A DNA stretch of 64,000 bases from an uncultured Bacilli bacterium (GCA_934148015.1 CAKPCU010000001.1:95941-159940), one strand, 5' to 3'. Positions 29,932-41,563 are shown, numbered from the stretch's first letter. The notes: generated by a model from the sequence alone, not told the origin. Numbers and translations: made by a program.

Positions 29932-31107
29932 ATGAAAAACAGTTATGTACCAAATGAAAAAGGTAAAAAGATAACAGCAGCTATTACAGCAGTAGCTATA
30001 TTAGTTGGTGGAACTTTAATTGCTAAATTATCTACTAAGGATAAAAGACATGTTGAAGATAATGACTCATCTTCTATATCTACAACAGTTGATTACGGAA
30101 GTCAGTATGGGCTTGAACTAACTAGTGATTTTGATATAAATGATTCTAATGCAGTTAGACAAAGAGCAAAAGCTATATATGAATTATCAGATAAAAAATA
30201 TACTATAGAAGATATTATGAATATGATATATTTAGTTAATAGTGCAACTGATAAAATAAAATTAGATAGCATGAACGAAGAGGAAAAATTTGAATATTTA
30301 CAAAAATTAGCTGTTGGATTATATGATGTTTTAGCAACAAATGTAGTTGATTTTTCTAAAGGACTTACCTCTTTAAATAATGATATAAGTTTTGATTTAA
30401 AAAGTACTGATGCAATTTATTCTTATATGTTTATTGCAAGTGGAAAAGGTAAAGTAGATGCAATAAACCTAGCGATTGTTGTAAATAAACAAATTAATAA
30501 TATTAAAAACGCAGATAAATCTGAATTAACTAATAACGCTGATGACTTTTATGCCCAATCTAAGTTAATTTATAATAATAAATCTGGATACCCAGATGGT
30601 GTTGTAGTAGCTTTAATTGATGATATTAAGTCTAAAATACCTGTTATGGGTCTTAGTAAAGAAAAAGCTGCTGATTTATCAAAAGAATATCAAAATGTTG
30701 ATATAAATAAAATATGGTTTGATGTTGCAAATAAAGCTGGAGCTTATAAAGAAGCTGATGCTGATTGCGAAACAAAGGTAAAACATACAACAAATCATGA
30801 AAAATATGATTCTAAAGATAGTTCACAAGCAGAAAGCATTGGAAATAAATCAACAAAAAATAATACTACTAAAAAAATAGAAACTGGTGGTAAACCTGTT
30901 AGAACTGAAGTTGTTCCAAAAACAACAAAGCAAACAACTACAAGGGTAGTAACAAGTGAATTTGTTGTTCCGGTTAAAACTACTAAACCTACAACTACTA
31001 TAGTTGATCAAGGTGGAAAAGTAGTAGAAGAAAAGTATGAAGATGCTGATGCATCAAAAGCAAACGATGATATAGAATATACAATAGCACCAACTAAGGT
31101 GAAATAA
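29932..31107 (+). CDS. Membrane-anchored hypothetical protein with a Thr/Lys-rich C-terminal repeat
   Basis: RBS aaggggg. N-terminal TM segment (ITAAITAVAILVGGTLIA). Imperfect repeat KTTKQTTTRVV / KTTKPTTTIVD. Confidence 0.6.
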   Translation: MKNSYVPNEKGKKITAAITAVAILVGGTLIAKLSTKDKRHVEDNDSSSISTTVDYGSQYGLELTSDFDINDSNAVRQRAKAIYELSDKKYTIEDIMNMIYLVNSATDKIKLDSMNEEEKFEYLQKLAVGLYDVLATNVVDFSKGLTSLNNDISFDLKSTDAIYSYMFIASGKGKVDAINLAIVVNKQINNIKNADKSELTNNADDFYAQSKLIYNNKSGYPDGVVVALIDDIKSKIPVMGLSKEKAADLSKEYQNVDINKIWFDVANKAGAYKEADADCETKVKHTTNHEKYDSKDSSQAESIGNKSTKNNTTKKIETGGKPVRTEVVPKTTKQTTTRVVTSEFVVPVKTTKPTTTIVDQGGKVVEEKYEDADASKANDDIEYTIAPTKVK

Positions 31108-31195
31108 TAATACTAGACACTAAGATGTAAATCTTGGTGTTTTTCTTTGACTATAAGACTTAAATATACTAAAATTATATTAGAAGGTGAATTAG

Positions 31196-32050
31196 GTGTT
31201 AGTAAATAGTAATGAAATATTAAGAAAAGCTGAAAAAGAAGGGTATGCTGTTGGGGCATATAATATAAATAATTTAGAATGGACAAGGTACATATTAGAA
31301 GCATGTAATAGTGATAGGTGTCCTGTAATACTTGCTGTAACACCTAAAAGTGTTGCTTATTTTGGGGGATACAGAGTAGTTTATGGTGTTGTTAAATCAT
31401 TAATAAATGATTTAAATATAAAAGTACCAGTTGTTCTTCATTTAGATCATGCTTCTTCTTTTATAGAATGTAAAGAGGCAATTGACTTTGGATTTACATC
31501 TGTTATGATAGATGCATCTAAAATGAGTCTTGAGGATAATATAGATGTAACAAGAAAAGTAGTAGAATATGCATCTTCAAAAAATGTTAGTGTTGAAGCT
31601 GAAGTTGGTGCACTAAATAGTGAAGATAGTAGTGATGACTCTAATAATAATTATTCATCTATAGAAGACTGTGTTTCATTTGTAAGTGCAACAGGAGTAA
31701 ATAGTCTTGCTCCATCTGTTGGAAATATGCACGGAATATATAAAGAAGAAGCGAAAATAGATTTTAGTCTTTTAGGATCAATATGTAAAAGTGTAAAAGA
31801 ACCTTTAGTATTACATGGTGCATCAGGACTTGATGATAATAAAATTAAAACTGCTATTTTTTGCGGTGTTAGTAAGATAAATATAAATACTGACTTACAA
31901 ATAGTGTGGGCAAAAAGTGTTAGAAAATATTTAAAAGACAATGAAAATGAGTATGATCCAAGACATATAATTAAATCGGGTGAAAAAAGTTTAAAAGACC
32001 TTATACACTATAAGAATGAATTGTTTGGTTCTAAAAACAAGGCTTTTTAA
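31196..32050 (+). CDS. fba: Class II fructose-bisphosphate aldolase
   Basis: YAVGAYNINNLEW, VVLHLDH, LVLHGASG motifs. GTG start after aaggtga. Confidence 0.9.
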   Translation: MLVNSNEILRKAEKEGYAVGAYNINNLEWTRYILEACNSDRCPVILAVTPKSVAYFGGYRVVYGVVKSLINDLNIKVPVVLHLDHASSFIECKEAIDFGFTSVMIDASKMSLEDNIDVTRKVVEYASSKNVSVEAEVGALNSEDSSDDSNNNYSSIEDCVSFVSATGVNSLAPSVGNMHGIYKEEAKIDFSLLGSICKSVKEPLVLHGASGLDDNKIKTAIFCGVSKININTDLQIVWAKSVRKYLKDNENEYDPRHIIKSGEKSLKDLIHYKNELFGSKNKAF

Positions 32051-32103
32051 TCACTTTTTTGAGTTAATATAATACAATAATATAGAAGATACGGAGGAGT
32101 AAA

Positions 32104-33363
32104 ATGCATAGAATAATAATTGAAGGTGGAAATGAATTAACAGGTGATATAAGAATAAGTGGTTCTAAAAATAGTGCTGTTGCATTAGTACCAGCAGCGG
32201 TGTTATGTGATGAGGAAGCTATTATTGCAAACGTACCAAATATATCTGATATTGATGCATTAGATGAGATATTAAAACATTTAGGTGCAACTGTTAGAAG
32301 GGAAAATGATGTAATTAGAATAGATTCTTCTAAAATAGAAAATAAATTAATACCAGAAAACATATCAAAAAAACTAAGAGCATCATATTATTTTATGGGG
32401 GCACTTTTAAGCAAATTTAAGAAAGTAGAAATATATTTTCCGGGCGGTTGTTCTATAGGAGCAAGACCAATTAATTTACATTTAAAAGGTTTTAAAGCAA
32501 TGGGTGCTGATATAAAAGAAGATGGTAATTTATTTACAATTACTGCAGATAATCTTCATGGGGCTAAAATTAATTTGGATTTTGCATCTGTTGGTGCAAC
32601 TATTAATCTTATGCTTGCTGCAGTAAAGGCAGATGGAACTACTATTATTTCTAATGCTGCAAAAGAACCTCATATAGTAAATGTTGCAACATTTTTAAAT
32701 AACATGGGGGCTAAAATAACAGGGGCTGGAACAAGTGAAATAAAGATAGTTGGAGTTAATTACTTACATTCATGTTTTCATGAGGTAGTACCTGATTATA
32801 TTGAAGCAGGTACATACATGATTTTAGCTAGTGCAATAGGAAGGAATGTAACAATATATAATATAATTCCTGAACATGTAGAATCAGTTATATCTAAGTT
32901 GGAGGAGATGGGTTCTATAATGAAGATAGGACTTGATTATATAAAAATAAGTGCTCCAGAAAAACTTAAACATGTTAATATAAAAACGCAAGTTTATCCA
33001 GGTTTTCCAACGGACTTACAGCAACCTATGGCAACACTCTTAACTAAAGCACAGGGAAAATCTATAATAAATGAAACTATTTGGGAAAACAGATTTTTAA
33101 ATTTAGAAGAATTAAATAAGATGGGTGCATCGTGTGATGTTATAACAAAGTCAAAAGCAGTAATTTTAGGTCCTACTAAATTAACTGGAAAAAGGGTTAA
33201 AGCAACTGATTTAAGAGCAGGAGCTTCACTTGTTATAGCAGGATTAATGGCAGATGGTAAGACTATAATTGATAATGCTGATTATATTTTACGTGGTTAT
33301 GAAGATATTGTTGATAAACTAAGAAATATAGGAGCTAATATAAAACTAGAAAAAATTGATTAA
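32104..33363 (+). CDS. murA: UDP-N-acetylglucosamine 1-carboxyvinyltransferase
   Basis: ISGSKNSAV, active-site Cys in FPGGCSIGARPINLH, and YPGFPTDLQ. Confidence 0.95.
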   Translation: MHRIIIEGGNELTGDIRISGSKNSAVALVPAAVLCDEEAIIANVPNISDIDALDEILKHLGATVRRENDVIRIDSSKIENKLIPENISKKLRASYYFMGALLSKFKKVEIYFPGGCSIGARPINLHLKGFKAMGADIKEDGNLFTITADNLHGAKINLDFASVGATINLMLAAVKADGTTIISNAAKEPHIVNVATFLNNMGAKITGAGTSEIKIVGVNYLHSCFHEVVPDYIEAGTYMILASAIGRNVTIYNIIPEHVESVISKLEEMGSIMKIGLDYIKISAPEKLKHVNIKTQVYPGFPTDLQQPMATLLTKAQGKSIINETIWENRFLNLEELNKMGASCDVITKSKAVILGPTKLTGKRVKATDLRAGASLVIAGLMADGKTIIDNADYILRGYEDIVDKLRNIGANIKLEKID

Positions 33364-33439
33364 TAAATAGTAATAAATAGAATATATAAAAATAAAATAG
33401 TATTGCAGGAAATACTATTTTATTTTGGGGTGAGTATAT

Positions 33440-34201
33440 TTGAAAAGAAGATATAAATTATTAATTGGTTTTATAATAACTGGTATTATACTAACAGTTA
33501 TATTTTTTGTAACAAAAGATAGAAAAGTATATTATTTATCTTTGGGTGATTCTTTAGCTGTTGGTCAAATGCCTGATAATAGCTTAAAGAAAAGTTATGG
33601 TGATTATATTAAAGATTATTTAGAAGATAGAAATATACTTGAATTTTATACTAAGGGTTTTGCTAAAAATGGTTATAGGAGTACTGATCTTTTAAATGAT
33701 GTAAATAATAATAAAAAGATAAAAGAAGGAAAAAAAGAGATATCTATAAAAAATGCACTTATAAAAGCAGATATTGTAACGGTAAGTATAGGTGGTAATG
33801 ATTTATTATATAAACTTAACTTATCATCTAGTATTGATATAACTGAGTTTGATGATATATACTCTTACGTAGATGAAGTTATAGGAGACATTAATAAACT
33901 GTTATTTGAGCTTAGAAAAAATTGTAAAGAACAGATAATTGTTCTTGGTCTATATAATCCTTTTACATCTTTTTCACCAAAGTTAGCTAATACGGTAGAA
34001 CCAGTTTTAAGTTATGCTAATTTAAAAATACAAGACTTAACTAAAAAGTATGATATGACATTTGTTGATATGCATGATATGTTTTTAGCTAATCCTTCTT
34101 ATTTACCAACTTACTTAGAAATTCATCCAACGGCATCTGGTTATAGAGCTATGTCTAAAAAAATTATTAGTGCAATAGATAAAAAAACACTTGCAAAATA
34201 G
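33440..34201 (+). CDS. SGNH/GDSL hydrolase with N-terminal membrane anchor
   Basis: GDS block LSLGDSLAVG, GGND block SIGGNDLL, and a C-terminal HPTASGY (DxxH-like) block. Confidence 0.8.
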   Translation: MKRRYKLLIGFIITGIILTVIFFVTKDRKVYYLSLGDSLAVGQMPDNSLKKSYGDYIKDYLEDRNILEFYTKGFAKNGYRSTDLLNDVNNNKKIKEGKKEISIKNALIKADIVTVSIGGNDLLYKLNLSSSIDITEFDDIYSYVDEVIGDINKLLFELRKNCKEQIIVLGLYNPFTSFSPKLANTVEPVLSYANLKIQDLTKKYDMTFVDMHDMFLANPSYLPTYLEIHPTASGYRAMSKKIISAIDKKTLAK

Positions 34202-34276
34202 ATTATCTCTTGCTATAATATAGGAGATTTTATATCTATGACTTATATTTAGTCATGGCGAAAGGAGCTAAGAATT

Positions 34277-34486
34277 ATGCCTAAGAAAGAAAGTATTTAT
34301 ACTAACTCAACTGTAACTTGTGTATGTGGATCAACTTTTGAAACAAAATCTACTAAAGATAAAATACATGTAGAAGTATGTTCTAAATGTCATCCATTCT
34401 ATACTGGTCAATCTACTATGCAATCTAAAACTGGTAGAGCTGAGAAGTTTAATCAAAAATATGGTTTAAAAAGTAACAATAAATAA
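34277..34486 (+). CDS. rpmE: 50S ribosomal protein L31 (zinc-ribbon type A)
   Basis: [13 protein letters not shown]. Confidence 0.95.
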   Translation: MPKKESIYTNSTVTCVCGSTFETKSTKDKIHVEVCSKCHPFYTGQSTMQSKTGRAEKFNQKYGLKSNNK

Positions 34487-34495
34487 TAAAATATA

Positions 34496-34525
34496 TTGAC
34501 TTTTAATATAAAAAAGTGTTATATT
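34496..34525 (+). promoter_or_regulatory. Sigma-A type promoter of the str operon
   Basis: TTGACT (34496-34501), a 17/18-nt spacer, then TTATAT/TATATT (34519-34525). Confidence 0.5.
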
Positions 34526-34623
34526 AATTAAGCTTATATGTAAGTCTTACTATATATTGGTAAGGCTTAAAAATATATCATAAATGAAACACCAGGTAGT
34601 GTGTTAAGAAAGGAGTAGAAATT

Positions 34624-35037
34624 ATGCCTACAATAAACCAAATTCTTCGTCATGGAAGAAGTAACAAGAAACGTAAAGCTAAAGCACCAGTTTTACTAGT
34701 TAGAACTAATACTCTAAAGAGAAAAACTGTTGCAGCTAATTCTCCACAAAAACGTGGAGTATGTACTCGTGTTGGTACTATGACACCAAAGAAACCAAAC
34801 TCAGCATTACGTAAGTATGCTCGTGTTCGTTTAAGTAATGGTTATGAAGTAACAGCATACATTCCAGGACAAGGACACAATTTACAAGAACACAGCGTTG
34901 TATTAATACGTGGTGGACGTGTAAAAGACTTAATCGGTGTACGTTATCATATTATCAGAGGTACACTTGATACAGCAGGTGTTGCTGACAGAAAGCAAGC
35001 AAGAAGCAAATATGGTGCTAAGAAACCTAAAAAATAG
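34624..35037 (+). CDS. rpsL: 30S ribosomal protein S12
   Basis: [24 protein letters not shown]. Note KDLIGVRYH instead of KDLPGVRYH. Confidence 0.98.
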   Translation: MPTINQILRHGRSNKKRKAKAPVLLVRTNTLKRKTVAANSPQKRGVCTRVGTMTPKKPNSALRKYARVRLSNGYEVTAYIPGQGHNLQEHSVVLIRGGRVKDLIGVRYHIIRGTLDTAGVADRKQARSKYGAKKPKK

Positions 35038-35061
35038 TTAAAATAATAAAGGAGGATATAT

Positions 35062-35529
35062 ATGCGTAAAAGACGTGCTGAAAAAAGAGACGTATTACCA
35101 GATCCAGTCTATAATTCAAAAGTAATTACTAAGTTAATTAACCAAATTATGCTAGATGGTAAACGTGGTAAAGCAGAAACTATCGTTTATGATGCGTTTG
35201 ATATGATTCATGAAAGAACAGGCGAAAACGCAAACGATGTATTTAAAAAAGCAATGGAAAACGTAACTCCAGCATTAGAGGTTAAAGCTCGTCGTGTTGG
35301 TGGTGCTAATTACCAAGTGCCAATCGAAGTTAATCCAGTTAGAGCTCAAGCTCTTGCACTTCGTTGGATTGTTAATGCTACTCGCTCTCGTGGTGGTAAA
35401 ACTATGGCAGAGAAGTTAGCTAATGAATTAATTGATGCTTCAAATAATACTGGAGCAGCAGTTAAGAAAAAAGATGATACTCACAGAATGGCAGAAGCTA
35501 ATAAAGCATATGCACATTACCGTTGGTAG
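35062..35529 (+). CDS. rpsG: 30S ribosomal protein S7
   Basis: Typical S7 sequence ([19 protein letters not shown]). Confidence 0.98.
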   Translation: MRKRRAEKRDVLPDPVYNSKVITKLINQIMLDGKRGKAETIVYDAFDMIHERTGENANDVFKKAMENVTPALEVKARRVGGANYQVPIEVNPVRAQALALRWIVNATRSRGGKTMAEKLANELIDASNNTGAAVKKKDDTHRMAEANKAYAHYRW

Positions 35530-35544
35530 GAAGGAGAATAGTAT

Positions 35545-37617
35545 ATGGCTCGTGAATATTCATTAGAAAATACACGTAACATTGGTATTATGGCTCACGT
35601 TGATGCTGGAAAGACTACTGTTACTGAACGTGTTTTATTCCATACACATAAGATCCATAAAATTGGTGAAACTCACGATGGTGAATCACAAATGGACTGG
35701 ATGGAACAGGAAAAAGAACGTGGTATTACTATTACTTCTGCTGCAACAACTGCATTTTGGAAGGGTAATCGCCTTAATATAATAGATACTCCAGGTCACG
35801 TAGACTTTACAATAGAAGTTACTAGATCACTTAGAGTACTTGATGGTGCTGTTACAGTACTTGATTCTCAAAATGGTGTTGAACCTCAAACTGAAAACGT
35901 TTGGAGACAAGCTACTGAAATGCATGTACCAAGACTTGTTTTCTCAAACAAGATGGATAAAATGGGTGCTGATTTTCAAACTAGTGTTGATTCTATTAAA
36001 TCAAGATTAGGTGTTAAAGCAACAGCAATCCAATGGCCTATTGGTGCTGAATCAGAATTTGATGGAATTATTGATTTAGTTACTATGAAGGCTTACCACT
36101 ATGATGGCAAACCAGAGGAAAATCCTACTGAAATAGAAATTCCAGCTGAATTAAAAGACATAGCTGAAGAGAAGAGAATTGCTATGATCGAGGATGCAGC
36201 TGAATTCGATGAAGAATTAATGGAAAAATATTTAGGTGGAGAAGAAGTTTCTATTGAACTAATTAAAAGAGCAATCAGAAAAGGTGTTTTATCAGTTAAA
36301 ATGTTCCCAGTAATGTGTGGTACTGCACTTGGAAATATTGGTGTTAAATTAATGCTTGATGCTGTAGTAGATTACTTACCAGCTCCAACTGATATTCCAT
36401 CAATTAAAGGTCATGATGAAGATGATAAAGAAGTTTTCAGACATGCATCTGATTCTGAACCATTCTCAGCATTAGCATTTAAGATAATGACTGATCCATT
36501 CGTTGGTAGATTATCATTCTTCCGTGTATATTCTGGTACATTAAAGAGTGGTTCTTATGTACTTAATGCTAATAAGAACGTAAAAGAAAGAATAGGACGT
36601 ATATTACAAATGCACGCTAATAATCGTACTGAAATATCAGAAGTATTTGCAGGTGATATAGCTGCTGCTGTAGGTCTTAAAAATACTACTACTGGTGACA
36701 CTTTATGTGATGAAAAACATCCAGTAATACTTGAAAAAATGGTTATACCAGAACCAGTTATTACTATAGCAATAGAACCAAAGAGTAAGAATGACCAAGA
36801 AAAAATGTCAACTGCACTTCAAAAACTATCTGAAGAAGATCCAACATTTAGAGCTGAAACTGATCAAGAATCTGGTCAAACAGTTATATCTGGTATGGGT
36901 GAATTACACTTAGACGTTCTAGTAGATAGAATGAGAAGAGAATTCGGTGTTGAAGCTAATATTGGTAAACCACAAGTTGCTTACCGTGAAACTTTAACAC
37001 AAGCTGGTGATTGTGAAGGTAAATATATTAAACAATCTGGTGGACGTGGTCAATATGGACACGTATGGGTTAAATTTGAACCTAATAAAGATAAAGGATA
37101 TGAATTTGTTGATGCTATCGTTGGTGGTGTAGTTCCTCGTGAATATATCCCAGTAGTAGACAAAGGTTTACAAGAAGCACTTAAAACAGGTGTACTTGCT
37201 GGATATCCTATGATTGATGTTAAAGCAACATTATTTGATGGTTCTTACCATGATGTTGACTCAAATGAAATGGCATTTAAGGTTGCTGCTTCGTTAGCAC
37301 TTAAAGAAGCTAAGAAAAACTGTAAACCAGTATTACTTGAGCCAATAATGAAAGTTGATATTACAGTACCTGATGAATATATGGGTAATGTAATGGGAGA
37401 TATTACTTCAAGAAGAGGACGTCCAATGGGACAAGAATCGGTTGGTAATGCTCTTAAGATTAGTGCTTATGTACCATTATCTGAAATGTTCGGATATGCT
37501 ACAAGCTTAAGATCAAATACTCAAGGACGTGGTACATTCATTATGTTCTTTGATCACTATGAAGAAGTTCCAAAGAGTATTTCTGAAGACATCATTAAGA
37601 AAAATGGTGTACAATAA
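35545..37617 (+). CDS. fusA: Elongation factor G
   Basis: [21 protein letters not shown]. Confidence 0.98.
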   Translation: MAREYSLENTRNIGIMAHVDAGKTTVTERVLFHTHKIHKIGETHDGESQMDWMEQEKERGITITSAATTAFWKGNRLNIIDTPGHVDFTIEVTRSLRVLDGAVTVLDSQNGVEPQTENVWRQATEMHVPRLVFSNKMDKMGADFQTSVDSIKSRLGVKATAIQWPIGAESEFDGIIDLVTMKAYHYDGKPEENPTEIEIPAELKDIAEEKRIAMIEDAAEFDEELMEKYLGGEEVSIELIKRAIRKGVLSVKMFPVMCGTALGNIGVKLMLDAVVDYLPAPTDIPSIKGHDEDDKEVFRHASDSEPFSALAFKIMTDPFVGRLSFFRVYSGTLKSGSYVLNANKNVKERIGRILQMHANNRTEISEVFAGDIAAAVGLKNTTTGDTLCDEKHPVILEKMVIPEPVITIAIEPKSKNDQEKMSTALQKLSEEDPTFRAETDQESGQTVISGMGELHLDVLVDRMRREFGVEANIGKPQVAYRETLTQAGDCEGKYIKQSGGRGQYGHVWVKFEPNKDKGYEFVDAIVGGVVPREYIPVVDKGLQEALKTGVLAGYPMIDVKATLFDGSYHDVDSNEMAFKVAASLALKEAKKNCKPVLLEPIMKVDITVPDEYMGNVMGDITSRRGRPMGQESVGNALKISAYVPLSEMFGYATSLRSNTQGRGTFIMFFDHYEEVPKSISEDIIKKNGVQ

Positions 37618-37630
37618 TTAATAATACTAA

Positions 37631-37653
37631 GTGAAAATACTTGCTATTTTCAC
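37631..37653 (+). promoter_or_regulatory. Intercistronic hairpin between fusA and tuf
   Basis: Perfect 9-bp stem GTGAAAATA (37631-37639)/TATTTTCAC (37645-37653). No T tract follows, so it is more likely a processing/stability element than a terminator. Confidence 0.35.
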
Positions 37654-37705
37654 TTAGATTAGATAAAATAGTTATGTAATTTATTTTTAGGGAGGAAAAA
37701 TTAAT

Positions 37706-38890
37706 ATGGCAAAAGAAAAATTTGATCGTTCTAAACCACACGTTAATATTGGTACTATCGGACACGTTGACCATGGTAAAACAACATTAACTGCTGCGAT
37801 CACTAAAAGATTAGCTGAAAAGGGACAAGCAAAATTCGAAGACTATGCAGACATCGATAAAGCCCCTGAAGAAAGAGCTCGTGGTATTACTATTAATACT
37901 GCACACGTTGAGTATGAAACTGACAAACGTCACTATGCTCACGTAGACTGCCCAGGACACGCTGACTATGTTAAAAACATGATCACTGGTGCTGCACAAA
38001 TGGACGGAGCAATCTTAGTTCTAGCTGCAACAGATGGTCCTATGGCTCAAACTAAAGAACACATCTTACTTGCTCGTCAAGTTGGTGTTCCAAGAATCGT
38101 TGTATTCATGAACAAATGTGATATGGTTGACGATCCAGAAATGCTAGACTTAGTAGAAATGGATGTTCGTGAACTATTAAACAAATATGATTATGATGGA
38201 GATAACACTCCAGTAATCCGTGGTTCAGCATTAAAAGCTCTTGAAGGAGACCCAAAATGGGAAGAAAAAATCGACGAGTTAATGGATGCTGTTGATGAAT
38301 GGATTCCAACTCCAGAAAGAGACAATACAAAACCATTCTTAATGTCAATAGAAGACGTATTCACAATCACTGGACGTGGTACTGTTGTTACAGGACGTGT
38401 TGAACGTGGTGAATTAAAATTAAATGATGAAGTTGAAATAGTAGGTTTAAAACCAACTCAAAAAACAGTTGTTACTGGTATTGAAATGTTCCGTAAACAA
38501 CTAGACTTCGCAGAAGCTGGAGATAACGCAGGTGTATTATTACGTGGTATTTCACGTGAACAAGTACAACGTGGTCAAGTTCTTGCTAAACCAGGATCAG
38601 TTACTCCACATACTAAATTTGAAGCTCAAGTTTACGTATTAAGCAAAGAAGAAGGCGGACGTCATACTCCATTCTTCTCAAACTACAGACCTCAATTCTA
38701 TTTCAGAACTACTGATGTAACAGGTGTTGTTACATTACCAGAAGGAACTGAAATGGTTATGCCAGGTGATAACGTTAATATGTCAGTTGAGTTAATCGCT
38801 CCAATCGCACTTGAAAATGGTACTAAGTTCTCTATCCGTGAAGGTGGACGTACTGTTGGTGCTGGAACTGTAACTAAGATTGATGCTTAA
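37706..38890 (+). CDS. tuf: Elongation factor Tu
   Basis: [21 protein letters not shown]. Confidence 0.98.
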   Translation: MAKEKFDRSKPHVNIGTIGHVDHGKTTLTAAITKRLAEKGQAKFEDYADIDKAPEERARGITINTAHVEYETDKRHYAHVDCPGHADYVKNMITGAAQMDGAILVLAATDGPMAQTKEHILLARQVGVPRIVVFMNKCDMVDDPEMLDLVEMDVRELLNKYDYDGDNTPVIRGSALKALEGDPKWEEKIDELMDAVDEWIPTPERDNTKPFLMSIEDVFTITGRGTVVTGRVERGELKLNDEVEIVGLKPTQKTVVTGIEMFRKQLDFAEAGDNAGVLLRGISREQVQRGQVLAKPGSVTPHTKFEAQVYVLSKEEGGRHTPFFSNYRPQFYFRTTDVTGVVTLPEGTEMVMPGDNVNMSVELIAPIALENGTKFSIREGGRTVGAGTVTKIDA

Positions 38891-38958
38891 TTAAGTTAAT
38901 GAAAGATACCTTAGGGTGTCTTTTTTTGTTGCATAAAAAAACACCAGTTATCTGATGT

Positions 38959-40203
38959 TTAAATTGGAGTATTTAACCAGTTAAGTATTGGATTCAATTT
39001 GCTACCCGTATAATAAGTTTTCTTATTAATAACAAGATCAAATTCACCTACATATTCTACTACACTGTTAGTTAGTTCTTTTTTAAGTGTTGTATCATAA
39101 TCAGTATTACTCATACCCATCATTCCATTATAGTCAATACTTTCATATCCACCTCTAGAAAAATATTCAGCTAATTGCCATCTAAGTAAATAATCTGGAT
39201 AATCATTTTTATAATCTTCATCTGATGCACCTACAAAGAATGTTACCTTTTTACCATATTTTATTACTGCAAGAGCAGCTATTATAATACCACTAGGATA
39301 CTTTTGAAATAGATTAATAGCTTCTAACATGTTTTTTTTGTATGTTGCTAGCATTTCATCGGATTTTAATTTTTCATTAATAATAGCATCTTTATTAGGA
39401 TTGTTAAAATCTTGCATTTGCATATTTAAATTGCTATTTCTTTGTTCTTCTTCTTCGTACATTTTCTTACTTGAATTAACATATGAAACAGGTTCTAGCT
39501 TTACAAAGTATATTTCAAAACCATTATTTACATTAAAGAACTGATATAAATCCATATAGTACTCTAGTGGTGGATTTTTTCTATTTAATACGTTATAAAA
39601 CAAACTTATATCTGTATTGCTTCCTTTATATACTTTAAACCCGTTACCTGCAGCCTTTTTAATCTTATTTCTAGCTTCTTTCGATAAAGAGTTATACAAA
39701 GATATTATATTAGGATCTAACTTTATTATAGAGTTCCATCTTGGCTTAGAAGCTTCCATACCATTGTTATAACCCATGTGAGTATACCCAAGACTTTGCA
39801 TTTTTTTTACAAAATCATCAGAGTTACTATATTTTAAACTTCCATCGCTATTATACTCTTTATACACAATCATAGGATCAACTTTTAGGTAAGTAAAACT
39901 CCTTTTTGCAAGAAATTCTTTTATTTTAGTAGTAAACTCCCTAACTAACTCGCTATCTGACCAATCTATTAAAAAACCTCTTGGAGCATAACCCATCTTT
40001 CTTTTTTCACTTTTGTCGTTTTTAACTATTATTAAAGTTGCAGCCTTTATATTACCTACGTCATCAGATAAACCTAAATAGTAAGAATTATAACCATGTT
40101 TGCTCATGAACTTACCATAATTGCTGCTTTGATAAAAGTTATAATTGGGATGATTAATTGCAAATGCATCGAATTTTAATTCATCTAATAAAATAATTTG
40201 CAT
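38959..40203 (-). CDS. FemAB-family peptidoglycan interpeptide-bridge aminoacyltransferase
   Basis: ~415 aa FemAB architecture (two GNAT-like lobes around a coiled-coil insert). RBS aggaggtga precedes ATG 40203. Paralog of 60995..62236. Confidence 0.75.
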   Translation of the reverse strand: MQIILLDELKFDAFAINHPNYNFYQSSNYGKFMSKHGYNSYYLGLSDDVGNIKAATLIIVKNDKSEKRKMGYAPRGFLIDWSDSELVREFTTKIKEFLAKRSFTYLKVDPMIVYKEYNSDGSLKYSNSDDFVKKMQSLGYTHMGYNNGMEASKPRWNSIIKLDPNIISLYNSLSKEARNKIKKAAGNGFKVYKGSNTDISLFYNVLNRKNPPLEYYMDLYQFFNVNNGFEIYFVKLEPVSYVNSSKKMYEEEEQRNSNLNMQMQDFNNPNKDAIINEKLKSDEMLATYKKNMLEAINLFQKYPSGIIIAALAVIKYGKKVTFFVGASDEDYKNDYPDYLLRWQLAEYFSRGGYESIDYNGMMGMSNTDYDTTLKKELTNSVVEYVGEFDLVINKKTYYTGSKLNPILNWLNTPI

Positions 40204-40333
40204 ACTAATCACCTCCTAATTATTCTTATACTTTATTATAACCCAAAGTGCAGTATAAAGTCAATTTACATGTGACAGTAAAAAAGGTAAAAAATTGTAA
40301 GTAAAGTGTTATAATTACTATAGGAGGAATATT

Positions 40334-41563
40334 ATGAAAATAATTGATTTAAAAGCAAGAGAAATATTAGATTCTAGGGGAAATCCTACAGTTGAAGTAG
40401 ATGTTTTTCTAGAAAATGGTATTATGGCAAGAGCAGCTGTTCCATCAGGAACTTCAACTGGTGAACGTGAAGCACTTGAAATGCGTGATGGCGATAAAAA
40501 AAGATTTGGTGGTAAAGGAGTACTTAATGCTGTAAAAAATGTAAATGAAAAAATTAAACCAGTTGTACTTCATATGGATGTATTTGATCAATATAGTATT
40601 GATACAGCTATGCTTGAATTAGATGGTACTAAGACAAAAAGTAACTTAGGAGCTAATGCAATACTTGGTGTATCTATGGCATGTTTAAAGGCAGCAGCTA
40701 AAGCTAAAAATATGCCACTTTATAAATATGTTGGTGAAGGCAGAAGTCTTCCTTATGCTATGATAAATATTTTAAATGGTGGTGCACATGCAGATAATAA
40801 ACTAGACTTTCAAGAGTTTATGATTATACCACAAAGAGATAGTATTCATGAAAGAGTGCGTGTTGGCTCAGAAGTATTTCATGCTCTAAAAAGTGTTCTT
40901 AACGAAAGAAAGCTTTCAACTGGTGTTGGTGATGAAGGAGGCTTTGCTCCTGATTTAGAGTCTAATACAGAGGGATTTGAACTAATTATAGAAGCTATTA
41001 AAAAGGCTGGATATGAGCCTGGTGTGGATGTAAAACTTGCAACAGATGTTGCGGCATCAGAATTTTATAGTGATGGTAAATATAATTTAGTAGGTGAAAA
41101 TAGAAGTTTAACTACTGATGAACTTATAGATTTTTATAAAGAATTAATAGATAAATATCCAATTGTATCAATAGAAGATCCAGTAGATGAAAATGACTGG
41201 GAAGGTTTTACTAAAATAACTAAAGAATTAGGAGATAAAGTCCAATTAGTTGGTGATGATTTATTTGTAACTAATAAAGAATGTCTTCAAAAGGGAATAG
41301 ATCTTAAAGCTGGTAATGCAATATTACTTAAAGTTAACCAAATAGGTACTATAACTGAGACTTTAGAAACTATAAAGTTAGCTAAAGATAATGGTTATAA
41401 GACTATTATATCTCATAGATCTGGAGAAACTGAAGATACTACTATTGCAGATTTAGCTGTAGGACTTGATTTAGGACAAATAAAGACTGGTTCTATGTCT
41501 AGAACAGATAGAATGTGTAAATATAATCAGTTAATGAGAATAGAAGAAGATATTAGAGGTTAA
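40334..41563 (+). CDS. eno: Enolase
   Basis: [45 protein letters not shown]. Somewhat short at 409 aa. Confidence 0.95.
   Translation: MKIIDLKAREILDSRGNPTVEVDVFLENGIMARAAVPSGTSTGEREALEMRDGDKKRFGGKGVLNAVKNVNEKIKPVVLHMDVFDQYSIDTAMLELDGTKTKSNLGANAILGVSMACLKAAAKAKNMPLYKYVGEGRSLPYAMINILNGGAHADNKLDFQEFMIIPQRDSIHERVRVGSEVFHALKSVLNERKLSTGVGDEGGFAPDLESNTEGFELIIEAIKKAGYEPGVDVKLATDVAASEFYSDGKYNLVGENRSLTTDELIDFYKELIDKYPIVSIEDPVDENDWEGFTKITKELGDKVQLVGDDLFVTNKECLQKGIDLKAGNAILLKVNQIGTITETLETIKLAKDNGYKTIISHRSGETEDTTIADLAVGLDLGQIKTGSMSRTDRMCKYNQLMRIEEDIRG

Noticed and set aside
35582-35782. Same-strand out-of-frame 66-aa ORF inside fusA.
   Set aside because: It is embedded in the EF-G G domain, has no RBS, and its leucine-rich translation is an artefact of the alternative frame.
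41500-41563. Enolase ends right after ..[13 protein letters not shown], about 15-20 residues shorter than typical enolases.
   Set aside because: All catalytic motifs are intact and the stop is followed by a normal intergenic region. This is probably a benign lineage-specific truncation.
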